1,071 nt of DNA. It comes from a phage. This document shows positions 1 through 1,071 of this stretch, piece by piece. The translations under genes were made by a program, and so were the position numbers. Every line of letters begins with the position of its first letter. The first letter of the stretch is position 1. The notes below the pieces were generated by a model. That model was not told where the DNA came from. It did not search any database and saw nothing but the letters and a program-made list of their open reading frames with translations. The stretch lies in sequence record ON036039.1. The stretch is one strand, 5' to 3'.

Positions 1-93
1 ATGCGCCAGGAAACCCGCTTTAAATTTAACGCGTATCTGAGCCGCGTGGCGGAACTGAACGGCATTGATGCGGGCGATGTGAGCAAAAAATTT
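1..93 (+). other. Region encoding the N-terminal segment (aa 1-31) that is proteolytically removed during capsid maturation in P2 (gpN to N*)
   Basis: Established knowledge, recalled: P2 gpN is processed to the mature N* form by loss of about 31 N-terminal residues, a cleavage dependent on the scaffold/protease gpO. In this translation aa 1-31 are MRQETRFKFNAYLSRVAELNGIDAGDVSKKF and the predicted mature N-terminus begins TVEPSV at nt 94. The exact cleavage position is from memory and is not derivable from the sequence. Confidence 0.45.
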
Positions 94-1071
94 ACCGTGG
101 AACCGAGCGTGACCCAGACCCTGATGAACACCATGCAGGAAAGCAGCGATTTTCTGACCCGCATTAACATTGTGCCGGTGAGCGAAATGAAAGGCGAAAA
201 AATTGGCATTGGCGTGACCGGCAGCATTGCGAGCACCACCGATACCGCGGGCGGCACCGAACGCCAGCCGAAAGATTTTAGCAAACTGGCGAGCAACAAA
301 TATGAATGCGATCAGATTAACTTTGATTTTTATATTCGCTATAAAACCCTGGATCTGTGGGCGCGCTATCAGGATTTTCAGCTGCGCATTCGCAACGCGA
401 TTATTAAACGCCAGAGCCTGGATTTTATTATGGCGGGCTTTAACGGCGTGAAACGCGCGGAAACCAGCGATCGCAGCAGCAACCCGATGCTGCAGGATGT
501 GGCGGTGGGCTGGCTGCAGAAATATCGCAACGAAGCGCCGGCGCGCGTGATGAGCAAAGTGACCGATGAAGAAGGCCGCACCACCAGCGAAGTGATTCGC
601 GTGGGCAAAGGCGGCGATTATGCGAGCCTGGATGCGCTGGTGATGGATGCGACCAACAACCTGATTGAACCGTGGTATCAGGAAGATCCGGATCTGGTGG
701 TGATTGTGGGCCGCCAGCTGCTGGCGGATAAATATTTTCCGATTGTGAACAAAGAACAGGATAACAGCGAAATGCTGGCGGCGGATGTGATTATTAGCCA
801 GAAACGCATTGGCAACCTGCCGGCGGTGCGCGTGCCGTATTTTCCGGCGGATGCGATGCTGATTACCAAACTGGAAAACCTGAGCATTTATTATATGGAT
901 GATAGCCATCGCCGCGTGATTGAAGAAAACCCGAAACTGGATCGCGTGGAAAACTATGAAAGCATGAACATTGATTATGTGGTGGAAGATTATGCGGCGG
1001 GCTGCCTGGTGGAAAAAATTAAAGTGGGCGATTTTAGCACCCCGGCGAAAGCGACCGCGGAACCGGGCGCG
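1..1071 (+). CDS. N: Major capsid protein, phage P2 gpN family (HK97-fold); 357 sense codons, stop codon not contained in window
   Basis: Seen in sequence: frame 1 is open from ATG at nt 1 to the last base (357 codons, no in-frame stop), whereas every other frame is broken up. Translation begins MRQETRFKFNAYLSRVAELNGIDAGDVSKKFTVEPSVTQTLMNTMQESSDFLTRINIVPV and ends ...YESMNIDYVVEDYAAGCLVEKIKVGDFSTPAKATAEPGA. Established knowledge / recall: this matches the P2 gpN major capsid protein, which I recall as 357 aa, the same length as this ORF. Identity is from memory, not a search. Gene symbol N follows P2 nomenclature. Confidence 0.9.
   Translation, partial: MRQETRFKFNAYLSRVAELNGIDAGDVSKKFTVEPSVTQTLMNTMQESSDFLTRINIVPVSEMKGEKIGIGVTGSIASTTDTAGGTERQPKDFSKLASNKYECDQINFDFYIRYKTLDLWARYQDFQLRIRNAIIKRQSLDFIMAGFNGVKRAETSDRSSNPMLQDVAVGWLQKYRNEAPARVMSKVTDEEGRTTSEVIRVGKGGDYASLDALVMDATNNLIEPWYQEDPDLVVIVGRQLLADKYFPIVNKEQDNSEMLAADVIISQKRIGNLPAVRVPYFPADAMLITKLENLSIYYMDDSHRRVIEENPKLDRVENYESMNIDYVVEDYAAGCLVEKIKVGDFSTPAKATAEPGA

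Noticed and set aside
85-90. A6 homopolymer followed by TTT (aaaaaattt), resembling a slippery heptamer for programmed frameshifting; similar A6 runs occur at 197-202 and 1013-1018
   Set aside because: These arise mechanically from Lys-Lys or Glu-Lys codon pairs (aaa aaa, gaa aaa) followed by Phe or Ile codons in a back-translation. The native gene would not necessarily have these runs, and P2 capsid genes are not known to frameshift.
227-451. 74-aa ORF on the + strand in frame 2 (from the six-frame track)
   Set aside because: It lies entirely inside the frame-1 capsid CDS in a different frame. Its translation is low-complexity and rich in Arg/Ala/Ile, as expected when GC-rich preferred codons are read off-frame. 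Because the DNA is back-translated, off-frame ORFs have no evolutionary meaning.
538-548. GC-rich alternating stretch (ccggcgcgcgt) that could be read as a stem or Z-DNA-prone element
   Set aside because: It comes from consecutive Pro-Ala-Arg-Val codons (ccg gcg cgc gtg). With fixed codons, such local GC clusters are expected and uninformative.
378-608. 76-aa ORF on the - strand (from the six-frame track)
   Set aside because: Antisense to the capsid CDS. Uniform codon choice in the sense frame, with no NNA-ending codons that could produce antisense stops, yields long stop-free antisense stretches. No recognisable protein features. An artefact of back-translation.
685-694. Perfect 10-bp palindrome GATCCGGATC containing two GATC (Dam) sites
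   Set aside because: It is produced by the fixed codons for the peptide Glu-Asp-Pro-Asp-Leu (gaa gat ccg gat ctg), so it is a consequence of codon assignment and not a conserved regulatory or restriction-related element.
678-887. 69-aa ORF on the - strand (from the six-frame track)
   Set aside because: Same reasoning: an antisense artefact within the capsid CDS, with a Ser/Leu/Ile-rich low-complexity translation and no supporting signals.
1-1071. Possibility that the window hides a defence system, toxin-antitoxin pair, CRISPR array or other novel multi-gene system
   Set aside because: There is only one coherent reading frame, fully accounted for by a known capsid protein. There are no direct repeats with spacers, no second gene and no RNA-gene signatures. 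Claiming a novel system would not be supported by anything in the sequence.

Overview
The whole window is one uninterrupted frame-1 open reading frame (nt 1-1071, + strand, 357 sense codons, ATG at nt 1, no stop codon in the window). Its translation (MRQETRFKFNAYLSRVAELNGIDAGDVSKKFTVEPSV...VGDFSTPAKATAEPGA) reads to me as the major capsid protein of the phage P2 family (gpN, HK97-fold), at or very near the P2 reference protein; this is recognised from memory, not from a database search. The DNA is not natural: every amino acid is encoded by a single codon throughout (Leu always ctg, Arg always cgc, Ser always agc, Ala always gcg, Gly always ggc, and so on), which is the signature of a protein back-translated with one fixed codon per residue. 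Nucleotide-level signals (RBS, promoters, terminators, codon bias, off-frame ORFs, palindromes) therefore carry no biological information here. I find no evidence of a novel or previously undescribed system: this is a single, well-known phage structural gene with no flanking context. The three ORFs in the supplied track are off-frame or antisense artefacts.
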